DNA from: a virus
Lineage: Duplodnaviria; Caudoviricetes
Strand: one strand, 5' to 3'
Length of the DNA: 64,000 nt
Virus record (IMG/VR): IMGVR_UViG_3300046727_000401
Span: 782-64,781 of that record
Shown here: in pieces, positions 47,190 to 55,764 of the stretch
Position numbering within the stretch: position 1 is the first letter of the stretch
Layout of the letters: every line of letters starts with the position of its first letter
The notes under the pieces: generated by a model
The model's input: the letters and a program-made list of their open reading frames with translations, nothing else
What the model was told of the DNA's origin: nothing
Database searches by the model: none
Position numbers and translations under genes: made by a program

Positions 47190-47503
47190 GTTCGCCCGGG
47201 CTTTCGCTGCCCGGGGTAGAGCACATCCCACCAGCGGTACACCGCTGAGTGCGCGAACGGGAACCGGGCGAGTGCGATCACCCGACGGTGCGCCTCCAGG
47301 AGCCTGATGTCCTCGAGCGCGGCGAACCTGCAGGTGAACCGGGCCAACCTCGTCGCGATGCATGGGTCGTCGCTGCCGAGTTGCCGCATGCTCTCGCGCG
47401 TCCGCTCGACGAGGTCAGCGATCTCCGCCGGGGTCATGTACCGCACCGTGAGCAGGTCGCGACCGCGGCGCGCCTTCTGACGCAACGTCCCTTCCGAGGT
47501 CAT
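47186..47503 (-). CDS. Hypothetical protein
   Basis: AGGAGG SD; overlaps with neighbours. Confidence 0.55.
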   Translation of the reverse strand: MTSEGTLRQKARRGRDLLTVRYMTPAEIADLVERTRESMRQLGSDDPCIATRLARFTCRFAALEDIRLLEAHRRVIALARFPFAHSAVYRWWDVLYPGQRKPGRT

Positions 47504-47688
47504 CGCATCCTCCTGGCCTGCTCGTCGGCGCTCGGCAGCGGGGCGAACCGCTCGCCGACCAGGCGGTGACCGCTCCAGCAATCCGACACGGCGCGCACCG
47601 GCCGCCGTGCTTCCTCGGGGCCAAACCTGGCCCACGCGCGATCGATCGCACGCTCCGACCAGATCCCGTCCTTCGGGCGGTAGCTCAC
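47500..47688 (-). CDS. Hypothetical protein
   Basis: GTGA/ATGA overlaps. Confidence 0.5.
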   Translation of the reverse strand: MSYRPKDGIWSERAIDRAWARFGPEEARRPVRAVSDCWSGHRLVGERFAPLPSADEQARRMR

Positions 47689-47891
47689 CGGAGCTCCGTG
47701 ATGACCGCGTCGTAGGTTTCGCCGTCCCCTGGGCGCCAGACGCCATCCGGGCCGAACCTGTAATCGGCCTCACAGCGATGTGCCAGGCAGAGGCGAGTCT
47801 CGAACGGTCCGGTGTGGAACGTTCTGCCTCGTGTGGTCAGTGTGAACCGGGCCGGTGCTGAGCATCCGACAACTGCGCACTTGATCACCAC
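47685..47891 (-). CDS. Hypothetical Zn-finger protein
   Basis: CAVVGC...LCLAH. Confidence 0.55.
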   Translation of the reverse strand: MVIKCAVVGCSAPARFTLTTRGRTFHTGPFETRLCLAHRCEADYRFGPDGVWRPGDGETYDAVITELR

Positions 47892-47893
47892 GG

Positions 47894-48415
47894 TCAGTTC
47901 CCATCCCTTCCTGCCGCCTCGCGCATCGCGGCCTCGCGCTTGGCCAGCAGCTCGTCGATCTCCGCGCGGCGCTCACTCGGCGACATCGACAGCGGATCCA
48001 CCGCGGCGTCGACCTTGACCACCGTCGGCGCCAGCAGCCCGTCGAGCTGGCACGAGAGCTTGGCGATCTTCGTGCACTCCGCCCGGCTCAGCGTCGCCGC
48101 CATCGTCGTAAGCGGCCGGCCATCGGTGTCGGTGCTCGCCTGGTAGCTCGCGCGGAACAGCATCATGAGCTGCTGGCGCATCATGTCGCGCCGGGCGGGG
48201 CGGAGCTCGATGTCCTCCTTGGTCCAGCGCGCGAAGACCTCGGCGCGCCAGCGGCGCACCGTGTCCTCGTTGTCGGTGCGGCCGTCCTCGATCATGATCT
48301 CGATGCACCGCTCGATCGTGTAGCCCTCGACGATCAGGCTCTCGAGGCGCGCGAGGTTGGCGCGGTGCACGTGGGCGGGCGGGCGCCCGCGGCCCTTCTG
48401 TGGTTCGTCTTCCAT
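47894..48415 (-). CDS. Putative terminase small subunit
   Basis: GRP plus HTH-like N-terminus, helical core, LDGLLAP..KVD; upstream of terL. Confidence 0.55.
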   Translation of the reverse strand: MEDEPQKGRGRPPAHVHRANLARLESLIVEGYTIERCIEIMIEDGRTDNEDTVRRWRAEVFARWTKEDIELRPARRDMMRQQLMMLFRASYQASTDTDGRPLTTMAATLSRAECTKIAKLSCQLDGLLAPTVVKVDAAVDPLSMSPSERRAEIDELLAKREAAMREAAGRDGN

Positions 48416-48483
48416 GGCTCCGGCTCCATCGTACCACGCGACGGCGGCGCCTGTCACCGGGGTTTACTGCGGAACGGATGCGG

Positions 48484-48672
48484 TCACGTCGTCCCGTTAC
48501 AATTCGGGCACGGCTCGTCTACCGACTCCTGGCCAGCCACGAACGCGTTGTGAAGCTCTCGCTGCAGGCGCTCCAGCAGCGTCTCGCCAGTCTCGTTCTC
48601 CATGTCCGCGTCGAGTTGGAACATCTCGATCAGCTCACGCGCCAGCGCATCGAAGTCGGTCCGGTTGCTCAC
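48484..48672 (-). CDS. Hypothetical protein
   Basis: GGAGG SD; ends CPNCNG. Confidence 0.55.
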   Translation of the reverse strand: MSNRTDFDALARELIEMFQLDADMENETGETLLERLQRELHNAFVAGQESVDEPCPNCNGTT

Positions 48673-48941
48673 CTGTCCTCCGTGAGCGAGTCCGGGACCT
48701 GGTCGAGCTCGAAGTCCGGGCTGCCGCCGTGCTCGATCGTCCGGTCGCGCGGCTCCAGCCCGAGCCGATCGCGAGCGGCAGCCCAGCGTGCGCGCGCGGC
48801 CTCGCGCAACTTCTCTCGCCTCTCCGGGCTTGGCCTGCCCTTGCGCCGGGCCTGCATCACGCGGTTGCGCTGGGCGATGAGCCGGCGGCGCTCGGCAAGG
48901 CGGCGGGTCGCGTCCGAGGTGTGGCCGACGAACGCGGTCAT
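48669..48941 (-). CDS. Hypothetical Arg-rich protein
   Basis: Overlaps; SPERREKLREAARARWA (NUMOD3-like). Confidence 0.5.
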   Translation of the reverse strand: MTAFVGHTSDATRRLAERRRLIAQRNRVMQARRKGRPSPERREKLREAARARWAAARDRLGLEPRDRTIEHGGSPDFELDQVPDSLTEDR

Positions 48942-49459
48942 CGGGTGCACGATTCCTGGTAGCCACGCATCCACTGCTCGAACGTGCGGCCGTCCTCATT
49001 GCGACCAGACGCGCCCTCGATCGCGTAGTCGGTCAGGTCGTAGACTTGGAACACCGGATACGAAGGATCTCCGACATGGCTGTGATGCCTCCGCCCGTGC
49101 TCCATCTCCCTCCGCATCCCGCTGGAGAACCGGCGGCCGCAGAGCACGATGCCATCGCAGCGCTCGACCACCGCGCAGGCGTCGACCATGCCAGCGTCGC
49201 GCTGAGCTGGATCGGCGTCGTCCGCGCCCGCCACGACGCTCGCGATCCACGGAGCGATGAACGTGGTCTCCGGGAAGCGCTTGCGCAGCCACGCGAGCCA
49301 GCGCTGGGCACTCGCAAGGTGCGCCAGCAGAACGCCCAGCGTGACCTCCTCGAAACTGGCATCTCCGGGCCCTGGCCGCTCTCGCCAGGCCGGATGGCTC
49401 CGGATCTCGTCCTCGGTCGGCCGCAGGCAGTGCGCGACGTACAACACGCGGCGGGTCAC
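48938..49459 (-). CDS. Nucleoside 2-deoxyribosyltransferase-like (DUF4406-type) protein
   Basis: LYVAH, IAPW, VERCDGIVLCG...SSGMRRE. Confidence 0.65.
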   Translation of the reverse strand: MTRRVLYVAHCLRPTEDEIRSHPAWRERPGPGDASFEEVTLGVLLAHLASAQRWLAWLRKRFPETTFIAPWIASVVAGADDADPAQRDAGMVDACAVVERCDGIVLCGRRFSSGMRREMEHGRRHHSHVGDPSYPVFQVYDLTDYAIEGASGRNEDGRTFEQWMRGYQESCTR

Positions 49460-49956
49460 GACCGCCCCCGGCGCCGCTCACGCGTCCGCTCCTGCTTGGC
49501 CAGCGCCTGGTACTCGGCGACCACGATGGCTCCGGCGTCCTCGCTCGATCCGACGATGACATCGATCGCGCGATCTGCGATCAGTCGCCACTGCCGCGCG
49601 CTCTCCTGCCACTCTGCGGCCCGGCTGGTCGCCACGTGCTTGCGCCCTTCGTCGAGCGCGGTGTCGCGCCCGGTCGGGGCCCACACGATGCACAGCCGGC
49701 CGCTGATCTTGCACGGGCGCTCGCCGATCTGGCGGATCAGACCGCGCGCCTGGAGCTCGGTGAACCGGCCGCGCCACGCGTTGACGTTGGTCGCGCCGGA
49801 GATGTACGCGTTGAGCACTTCGCCGCTCGTAGCCGGGCCGTTCTCGACCAGAGCGTTCAGGACTCGCATGCACTTGCCCTTGATCTGGCCCGAGGCCACG
49901 AGGCCCTCGTAGGCCAGCCGGCTCGTGCGCTTGATTCGACGTGGGATGGCCACCAT
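49456..49956 (-). CDS. Winged-HTH protein
   Basis: TSRLAY...GPATSGE...RFTELQARGLI...RPCKISGR..IVW; AAGGAG SD. Confidence 0.7.
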   Translation of the reverse strand: MVAIPRRIKRTSRLAYEGLVASGQIKGKCMRVLNALVENGPATSGEVLNAYISGATNVNAWRGRFTELQARGLIRQIGERPCKISGRLCIVWAPTGRDTALDEGRKHVATSRAAEWQESARQWRLIADRAIDVIVGSSEDAGAIVVAEYQALAKQERTRERRRGRS

Positions 49957-50085
49957 GTTGCTCCTTGGTTTACCGCGCCAGCATAGACTACTGGGCAGCG
50001 CTGTCAACGTGCATCGTGCGCACGCCGTCGAGCCAGCAGCGCGAGCACAGCCACCACCCTCCGACCATGGCGACCATCACGACCA

Positions 50086-50976
50086 TCACGACCCGTCGCT
50101 GGGCGCAGTGCTCGCACGTAGGAGGGCGTCCATCTGCGCCGTGGTCAGCTCGTGTCCGTTCTCGCATCGGTAGCCCGTACCATCGAGGGGTGACATCGGC
50201 GTCGCGCACTGAGGACAGATCCCGAGCGGGTTGACGTGCTCTGCGGGATCGAACACGGCCAGGGTCGGGATGTCGACAAGCAGCGAACGCAGCTTCGCCA
50301 CTTCGCGCTCGATCTCTTCCGGCGATCGATTCGGGTAGCTAGCGGAGACGCGGTGGATCTCGGCGTGGATGGGAGCGTTGTGGTGGTGCGCCTCGAATTT
50401 GGGTCGCACCGCATCGGCGATGATGCCGATGGCCGGCTCCGGTGCTGGCGCCGGAGTTGCCATCGTCGCCAGCATCTCCCTGCCGATCGTCAGGAACACG
50501 CCGTGCGGCTCGATCGTCAGGCCGTGCACGATCTCGCAGTCGTCGATCCCTTTCGCGATGCACAGCCCCAACGCCGCGACCACGTGATGAGACTCGACCA
50601 GGTCTTGGCGCTCCAGCGCCGCGAGCCGGGTCACCCCGTGCACCGGCTGGACGTCGTCGCGGCGCGTGAGGGCGCGCGCCAGGTCCAGGATCGGCGCGAT
50701 CGCCAAGCCATGCAGGTACGCGTAGCCGGCCGCGCAGACCATCGCCTTGCCCAGGTGCTCGACCGCGTGCTCCGCGTCCTCGGTCTCAAAGGTGCCGCCG
50801 ACATACTCGATCACACCGAGGGCGAGCTGCTGCGGATCAAGGTCGCTGCCAGAGCACCAGATTCGCTCCTGGAGCTCGTGGACCTGGTTCTCGAGCTCGA
50901 GGTCGGTCGGCTTGTGGTCCTCGCCGTCGCCCCAGCGACGGATCGCGGACTCGTACAGCCGCGCGAGGTCGGTCAC
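50086..50976 (-). CDS. Chimeric protein: degenerate MazG-like N-terminus, TMP-end-like motif, Zn ribbon
   Basis: LGVIEYVG...EHLGKAMV; IHRVSASYPNRSPEEIEREVAKL; CPQC...CENGH. Confidence 0.55.
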   Translation of the reverse strand: MTDLARLYESAIRRWGDGEDHKPTDLELENQVHELQERIWCSGSDLDPQQLALGVIEYVGGTFETEDAEHAVEHLGKAMVCAAGYAYLHGLAIAPILDLARALTRRDDVQPVHGVTRLAALERQDLVESHHVVAALGLCIAKGIDDCEIVHGLTIEPHGVFLTIGREMLATMATPAPAPEPAIGIIADAVRPKFEAHHHNAPIHAEIHRVSASYPNRSPEEIEREVAKLRSLLVDIPTLAVFDPAEHVNPLGICPQCATPMSPLDGTGYRCENGHELTTAQMDALLRASTAPSDGS

Positions 50977-51344
50977 GGCAGCACCGCGCCCCGGTCGAGG
51001 ATGTCTCCAACCGTCACCGCGCCGAGTACACCGACGATCCGGTCACGGTCATCGGTGACGGACTCGAGCGTTGCCTCCAGCTCGCGGATGCGCGCGATCA
51101 GCGCGAGCGTGATCGGCGGCCCGTTCGCGGCAATGTGCTCGGCATCCTCGGTGGTCGCATCGGGGGAATCGCAGCAACCGCACCCAGCTACGATCTCGCG
51201 AAACTCACCATCCTCGTCGAGATCGGTCAAGGTGGAGATGCACCCAGTTCCTCCGCCATTTCGCTGCTCGCTGGGCGTTCGCTGCCATTGGTCCTGTGTC
51301 GCCGCCTTTGCCTTACGTTCGAGGTCGTCGAGATCGATCTTCAT
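50973..51344 (-). CDS. Ead/Ea22-like protein
   Basis: LERKAKAATQDQW...DAEHIAANGP...LALIARIRELE; TTGACA-16-TATAAA-6-ATG. Confidence 0.8.
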   Translation of the reverse strand: MKIDLDDLERKAKAATQDQWQRTPSEQRNGGGTGCISTLTDLDEDGEFREIVAGCGCCDSPDATTEDAEHIAANGPPITLALIARIRELEATLESVTDDRDRIVGVLGAVTVGDILDRGAVLP

Positions 51345-51374
51345 GCCATGTTTATAGCACGCGGGTGGCCGATG

Positions 51375-52049
51375 TCAAGCCGGCTCGATCATCGCCAGCC
51401 GGCGAGATGCGAGCGTCACGCTGTCCGCGCTGAGGTCACATCCCATGAACAAGCGCCTGGCCATCAACGCCGCGCTGCCCACCGACGCAGAGCCCATGAA
51501 CGGGTCCACCACCAGCTCGCCGGGCTGCGTGCTCTGCTCGATCAGCACGGTCGAGAGCTTGACGGGTTTCTCCGTCGGGTACCCGTCACGCACACGCGCC
51601 GCGGTGATCACGTCCGGCACGCCCAGGTCGTTGAGCTTGCGCTTGCCCTTCTCGAAGAACAGCACGAACTCGTGCCGGCAGCGGTAGTGGTACCCCATGC
51701 CGATCGTGACCTTGTCCCACACCAGCGGTTTCCAGAATCGGAACCCTGCCGCCTCGGCCATCGGCTTGACCACGAACATCGTCTCCTGGTCGCACATCAG
51801 GTAGAAGTGCCGGTCTGCTCGCAGCACCCGATAGACCTCGGCAAGGAACTCGGGGAAGCGGGCGTTAGGGAAGATCTGGAACCAGTCATTGCTCGAGCCG
51901 GCGCTGTGCTTGAGCCGGGTGGTCGTGCCGATGGCGCGGTGCTTCTCCAGGGACTCGTACGCCGGGTCCGTGACGACCAGGTCAACCGAGGCGTCGGGAA
52001 GGCCGCGCAGCCACTGCACCGCGTCGCCCTGCGAGACGGACCAGGTCAT
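51375..52049 (-). CDS. N4/N6 DNA methyltransferase (beta class)
   Basis: VDLVVTDPAY (motif IV) before YPTEKP and DPFMGSAS (motif I). Confidence 0.9.
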   Translation of the reverse strand: MTWSVSQGDAVQWLRGLPDASVDLVVTDPAYESLEKHRAIGTTTRLKHSAGSSNDWFQIFPNARFPEFLAEVYRVLRADRHFYLMCDQETMFVVKPMAEAAGFRFWKPLVWDKVTIGMGYHYRCRHEFVLFFEKGKRKLNDLGVPDVITAARVRDGYPTEKPVKLSTVLIEQSTQPGELVVDPFMGSASVGSAALMARRLFMGCDLSADSVTLASRRLAMIEPA

Positions 52050-52231
52050 GATCCGCCGCCGCGGAACAGTCGGTGCTTGCGGGCCAGCAGACCCGTCACG
52101 ATGACGCGCTGGTACCAGTCAGGCGGGTACCTGTTCTCTCGCGCGGCCTTGATGCGATCGCAGACCTCCGACCACCGGACTTCAGTGGTCGCCTGCTCGA
52201 GGTCTTCATACTCCTCGGTCGTGAGATTCAT
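52046..52231 (-). CDS. Hypothetical protein
   Basis: AAGGAG SD; WSEVCDRIK..R...YPPDW. Confidence 0.65.
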   Translation of the reverse strand: MNLTTEEYEDLEQATTEVRWSEVCDRIKAARENRYPPDWYQRVIVTGLLARKHRLFRGGGS

Positions 52232-52308
52232 AGATTGCTCCTTGCTAACCGCGGACGTCCAGGCGCCGCATGAGTTTACCCTACCACTACGCCGGGCGAT
52301 TGCAAGCG

Positions 52309-52671
52309 CTACCGCTCGCCGCGAACGTCGGCGCCGAGCTTGCCCAGGATGCCAGCGAGCAGCGTCCGGTGGCAGTGCGCCGGGTCGTTGCAGTAGCAGC
52401 ACAGCGTGACCTCGGCGCAGGAAAGCAGCCGATCCCAGGCCGCGCGGTTCTCGCGGTAGCTGGCGCGCATCTCGGCGGTGTAATCGGTGACATACTCCGG
52501 CCACAGCAGCGCGCCAGCCGGGCCATTTTCGCGTCGCGACCTGAGCATCGGCCCGAGGATCTTCCACGACGGAGCGAACGGGAGCCCGTCAGGCCGGGCG
52601 GTCTTGCGAGTGACGTCGAGGCGGTCGATGCCGACGTAGGTCACGCGAGCGGTGTAGACGACGAGCGTCAC
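52309..52671 (-). CDS. DUF488-family protein
   Basis: FAPSW...Y...EMR...VTLCCYC....CHR. Confidence 0.8.
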   Translation of the reverse strand: MTLVVYTARVTYVGIDRLDVTRKTARPDGLPFAPSWKILGPMLRSRRENGPAGALLWPEYVTDYTAEMRASYRENRAAWDRLLSCAEVTLCCYCNDPAHCHRTLLAGILGKLGADVRGER

Positions 52672-52844
52672 GGCTTGGCTCCGCGCGCCTGGCGCGCTCG
52701 GTCGATGATCTCGCGCGCTCGACTGGACAGTGCTGACGTCTCGCCGGCCCGGCCGCGGCGACGCTTCAGCCGAGGTGCGAGCATCGGTGCTCCGACCTTC
52801 TCCTTCAGGTCCAGCGCCTGGATCGGCGTGAGCCGTTTCGTCAC
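52668..52844 (-). CDS. Hypothetical protein
   Basis: GTGA overlaps on both sides. Confidence 0.45.
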   Translation of the reverse strand: MTKRLTPIQALDLKEKVGAPMLAPRLKRRRGRAGETSALSSRAREIIDRARQARGAKP

Positions 52845-53686
52845 AGGGCCGCCCGCTGCCGCTCCAGTGTCTTCGGGCTGAAGCACTTGCGGCACTTCGA
52901 GCACGCGGTCCCGCCCACGCCGCGCACGTTGCCGAGCTCGAGCCGGCCCGCGTCCACCGGGCAGTCGGCGATCCCGTCGTAGGGCAGGCCCTGGGTTTGC
53001 TTCTCGTTGAACACGATCGCCGCGCCGCTCACGTCGTCCGTGACCTTCGTGCGCAGGAACGAGACGTAGGCCCGAGGATTGTCGGCGACGAGAGCCCGGG
53101 TCGCCGCGCGCGCCGGCGGCGTCGTGGTCGCGTCAACGCTGAGCTGCAGGTACAGGTTCGACCTCGGCTCCAAGCCGGCGGCGATCAACGGTCGCCGGCT
53201 CACCACCCACAGCGCGACCTCGGGGTGGTCGGCCATGAACAGGTTCAGCGCAGCAACCACCTCAGGCGTCAGGTCCCCTGTGCCGTTGACCCGAAGGAAG
53301 TCGATGCGCACGCCCCGGCTGACCCACTTCGCCGTAGTGCGCCGGCGCGAGAACTCGTGCCAGAGCCGGTTCGCCGCGGCGCGTGGGGTGGAGAGCTGGA
53401 AGTAGCGCAGCGTCCGCAGTCGCATGCGCAGGCTCTTGTCCCACCGCGCCGGCGTGCCCGGCCTGGAGGCGTAGCAGACCTTCGAGCACAGCGCGGTCGG
53501 TGCGCACGTGTGCCCGATCGGGAAGTCGAGCGAGAGGGAGGTCTTCGCGTTCGACGAGAGCAGCGGGAACTTGCAGAGCTGTTCCAGCGTCATGCCGTTG
53601 ATCTCGAGCATCAGGTCGCGCTCGTGGGCCTGCAGGGACGTGAAGCGGTGGTCCAGGACGGGGAGGATCTTGCGCGCTGTCACCAT
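52841..53686 (-). CDS. GP88-like radical-SAM/Fe-S protein
   Basis: NAKT, TCAPTALCSKVCYA, RVNGTGD, NLYLQLSVD, CP...CSKCRKCF. Confidence 0.75.
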   Translation of the reverse strand: MVTARKILPVLDHRFTSLQAHERDLMLEINGMTLEQLCKFPLLSSNAKTSLSLDFPIGHTCAPTALCSKVCYASRPGTPARWDKSLRMRLRTLRYFQLSTPRAAANRLWHEFSRRRTTAKWVSRGVRIDFLRVNGTGDLTPEVVAALNLFMADHPEVALWVVSRRPLIAAGLEPRSNLYLQLSVDATTTPPARAATRALVADNPRAYVSFLRTKVTDDVSGAAIVFNEKQTQGLPYDGIADCPVDAGRLELGNVRGVGGTACSKCRKCFSPKTLERQRAAL

Positions 53687-53742
53687 ACCTGAACTATAAA
53701 CTACCCCGCGCGCCCATGTCAACTATTCGCGTGCGCCCCTGA

Positions 53743-54033
53743 CTAATCGTCCCTCATGCAGTAGCAGGGGCGGATCAACGTTCCGCAGAACTTGCAGCAC
53801 TCGCCCATCAGCTCGCAGCGCTGCTCGTCGGTCAACGCGCGGAACGCTGTCACCATGGTGCGGTCAATGGCCGCCTGCATCAGGCCGGCGATTGCCAGGT
53901 TCCAGGAGAGCACCCCCGTCCACCACGGATAGAACTCGCAGAGCAGATGCCCGGTCCCAGCAAGACAGTCCAGCGGCGGGTCCATCGGGACCAGGATGGC
54001 ATCCCAGGCCACGTGATCGTTTCGTGCTTCCAT
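53743..54033 (-). CDS. Hypothetical protein
   Basis: TTGACA-16-TATAGT-6-ATG; ends CKFCG...CYCMRDD. Confidence 0.65.
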   Translation of the reverse strand: MEARNDHVAWDAILVPMDPPLDCLAGTGHLLCEFYPWWTGVLSWNLAIAGLMQAAIDRTMVTAFRALTDEQRCELMGECCKFCGTLIRPCYCMRDD

Positions 54034-54047
54034 AGATGAACTATAAA

Positions 54048-54398
54048 CTATACGCGCACCCTGTCAACCCAGATTTCCCGCTCAAGCTCGGCAACTTCGA
54101 CCTCGAGTGCTTCGATCTGAGCTTCTCTTTCCTGGACCATTTGCCGATATCCTGCATCCATCGACGTTTGCGCGCTGATCAGCTTACGAACTTGCAGCTC
54201 CAGATCCACAACGTCGTTTTCCTGGGTCTCGCATCGATGGCTGAGAGAATTCACCGATTTGGCGAGATTGGCGTTCACCTGCTGGAGATGATCACGTTCG
54301 GCAACGCATCGCACAATGAGCGCGTCCCGCTGCGCGATCGTGGCGCGCGCTTGCTCCAGCTCACGAGCTAGCGCATCCAGATCGGCCTGGTCGCTCAT
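54048..54398 (-). CDS. Coiled-coil protein
   Basis: Heptad pattern; flanked by 16-bp direct repeat. Confidence 0.65.
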   Translation of the reverse strand: MSDQADLDALARELEQARATIAQRDALIVRCVAERDHLQQVNANLAKSVNSLSHRCETQENDVVDLELQVRKLISAQTSMDAGYRQMVQEREAQIEALEVEVAELEREIWVDRVRV

Positions 54399-54423
54399 CG
54401 TGCACCAACCCTGTCAACCCAGA
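54058..54423. repeat. 16-bp direct repeat ACCCTGTCAACCCAGA (54058-54073 and 54408-54423)
   Basis: Exact match 350 bp apart. Confidence 0.8.
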
Positions 54424-54718
54424 CCGCGCGTTCTTCCGGCGCCCGCTTGCCGAGCTCCACCAGAGCGGCGCGGACCTCGCGCAGCACATCCTGGTGCGCC
54501 GGCGGCAGGAATCCGTCACGCGGGACGATGCGCTCGAGCCGGTCCAGCAGGTCAAGAGCGCGGTCTCGTTCGGCTGCGCGCATCGCGAGTGACTCGCCGA
54601 CGTCCGGGATCAGCGCGGCAACCCCGCGACCGCCTCGGCCGAGCAGCTCGGACTCGCGGCGCGCGAGCTTGCGCCCGGGCTGCGTACCATCGGCCAGCTT
54701 GGGCTTGGCGAGCTTCAT
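54395..54718 (-). CDS. Hypothetical protein
   Basis: ATGA overlaps. Confidence 0.55.
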   Translation of the reverse strand: MKLAKPKLADGTQPGRKLARRESELLGRGGRGVAALIPDVGESLAMRAAERDRALDLLDRLERIVPRDGFLPPAHQDVLREVRAALVELGKRAPEERAVWVDRVGAR

Positions 54719-54918
54719 GCCGAGACCTTCACGACGCGCCGACGCTCCCCGCGCGGTCTATACTGACCGTGGGCGCCGCGGGTAGGCTCGTGTCCCTCGA
54801 ACAAGTCGCCGCACCAGCAGCAGACGAAGTCGCCATGGCGCACACGGTAGTGGATGCAGTGTGCTGGATGCTCCTCGGAATGGTCCGGGGACTTCTTGCA
54901 TGTGCCTTCACCCTTCAC
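54715..54918 (-). CDS. Small Cys/His protein
   Basis: HCIH...CCWCG...HGQY. Confidence 0.6.
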   Translation of the reverse strand: MKGEGTCKKSPDHSEEHPAHCIHYRVRHGDFVCCWCGDLFEGHEPTRGAHGQYRPRGERRRVVKVSA

Positions 54919-55256
54919 GGGACGGTCTTTCGTTGCATAGTTCGCACGCGCAGGTACTCACGATGTCCGCCGCGCTTCCATGCCAGCACAAGGCACTCGA
55001 TCGGCGACAACATGAGGTGCGCGCCGCGGCCCAGCGTCACATCGGTCTCACCGCGGGCATAGGCGCGCTCGCACAGATCGATGATCCCGCGGATTCCGAC
55101 GATGGTCAGCTTGATGTCATGGATCGTCCGCGTGGCCGCGATAGTAGCCTCCGAGACTCCGCCGAACGGCGCGAGCATCAGCTCCGCACGCAATAGTCCG
55201 ATGCGGTCGCTGACTGGCATATCCTCTCGACCGGACAAATTGACAAGATCGCTCAT
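54915..55256 (-). CDS. Hypothetical protein
   Basis: GAGG SD; overlaps. Confidence 0.5.
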   Translation of the reverse strand: MSDLVNLSGREDMPVSDRIGLLRAELMLAPFGGVSEATIAATRTIHDIKLTIVGIRGIIDLCERAYARGETDVTLGRGAHLMLSPIECLVLAWKRGGHREYLRVRTMQRKTVP

Positions 55257-55540
55257 CTGCACCTCACGGTCTGCCAGTCTACCACGGTGGGCCGCGTCGT
55301 ACCAGTGCAATAAACCCGGCCTTCGAGCACCCACGCCGGCTGCACGCTGCGCTCCGGTCGGAGGTAGGTCCCGTCCCACTCCGGGTCCCCGACCGGGTGC
55401 GGCCAGCACGCGAACCGGCCGTCTCGCCGGATCCCGGTGCGCAGGTCCAGGTCGCCAGGGCACCGCGCCGAGGTCGGGCGGAACCAGGCGGCGAGCGCCA
55501 GGCAGAGGAGCGAGAGCAGCGCGGCGGTGAACGAGCTCAC
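55253..55540 (-). CDS. Secreted/membrane-anchored Cys protein
   Basis: Hydrophobic N-terminus, four Cys in mature part. Confidence 0.55.
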   Translation of the reverse strand: MSSFTAALLSLLCLALAAWFRPTSARCPGDLDLRTGIRRDGRFACWPHPVGDPEWDGTYLRPERSVQPAWVLEGRVYCTGTTRPTVVDWQTVRCR

Positions 55541-55764
55541 CCGGCCCTCCATGCGCGCGCCCGCGTCGTCTTGCCGGCCGCCTTGGCGCCGCGCTTGATT
55601 CGCTTGAGCTCGGCCAGCGCCTGCTCATGCGTGATCTCGCCGGACTTCATCCGCTCGACGAGCACGGCGCGCACGGACATCGAGTCGGCTACCTCTCCGG
55701 CCGCCTCTGCTGCGTTCACGGCGGCGCGCTTGTCTTGGCCTGCCTGCCATCGATCGCGCGTCAT
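55537..55764 (-). CDS. Hypothetical protein
   Basis: VADSMSVR...GEIT...ELKRIKR. Confidence 0.65.
   Translation of the reverse strand: MTRDRWQAGQDKRAAVNAAEAAGEVADSMSVRAVLVERMKSGEITHEQALAELKRIKRGAKAAGKTTRARAWRAG

Noticed and set aside
49988-50209. Short Cys-containing ORF between the MazG-like and wHTH genes
   Set aside because: Overlaps the upstream gene extensively and has no clear start signal, so it was not called.
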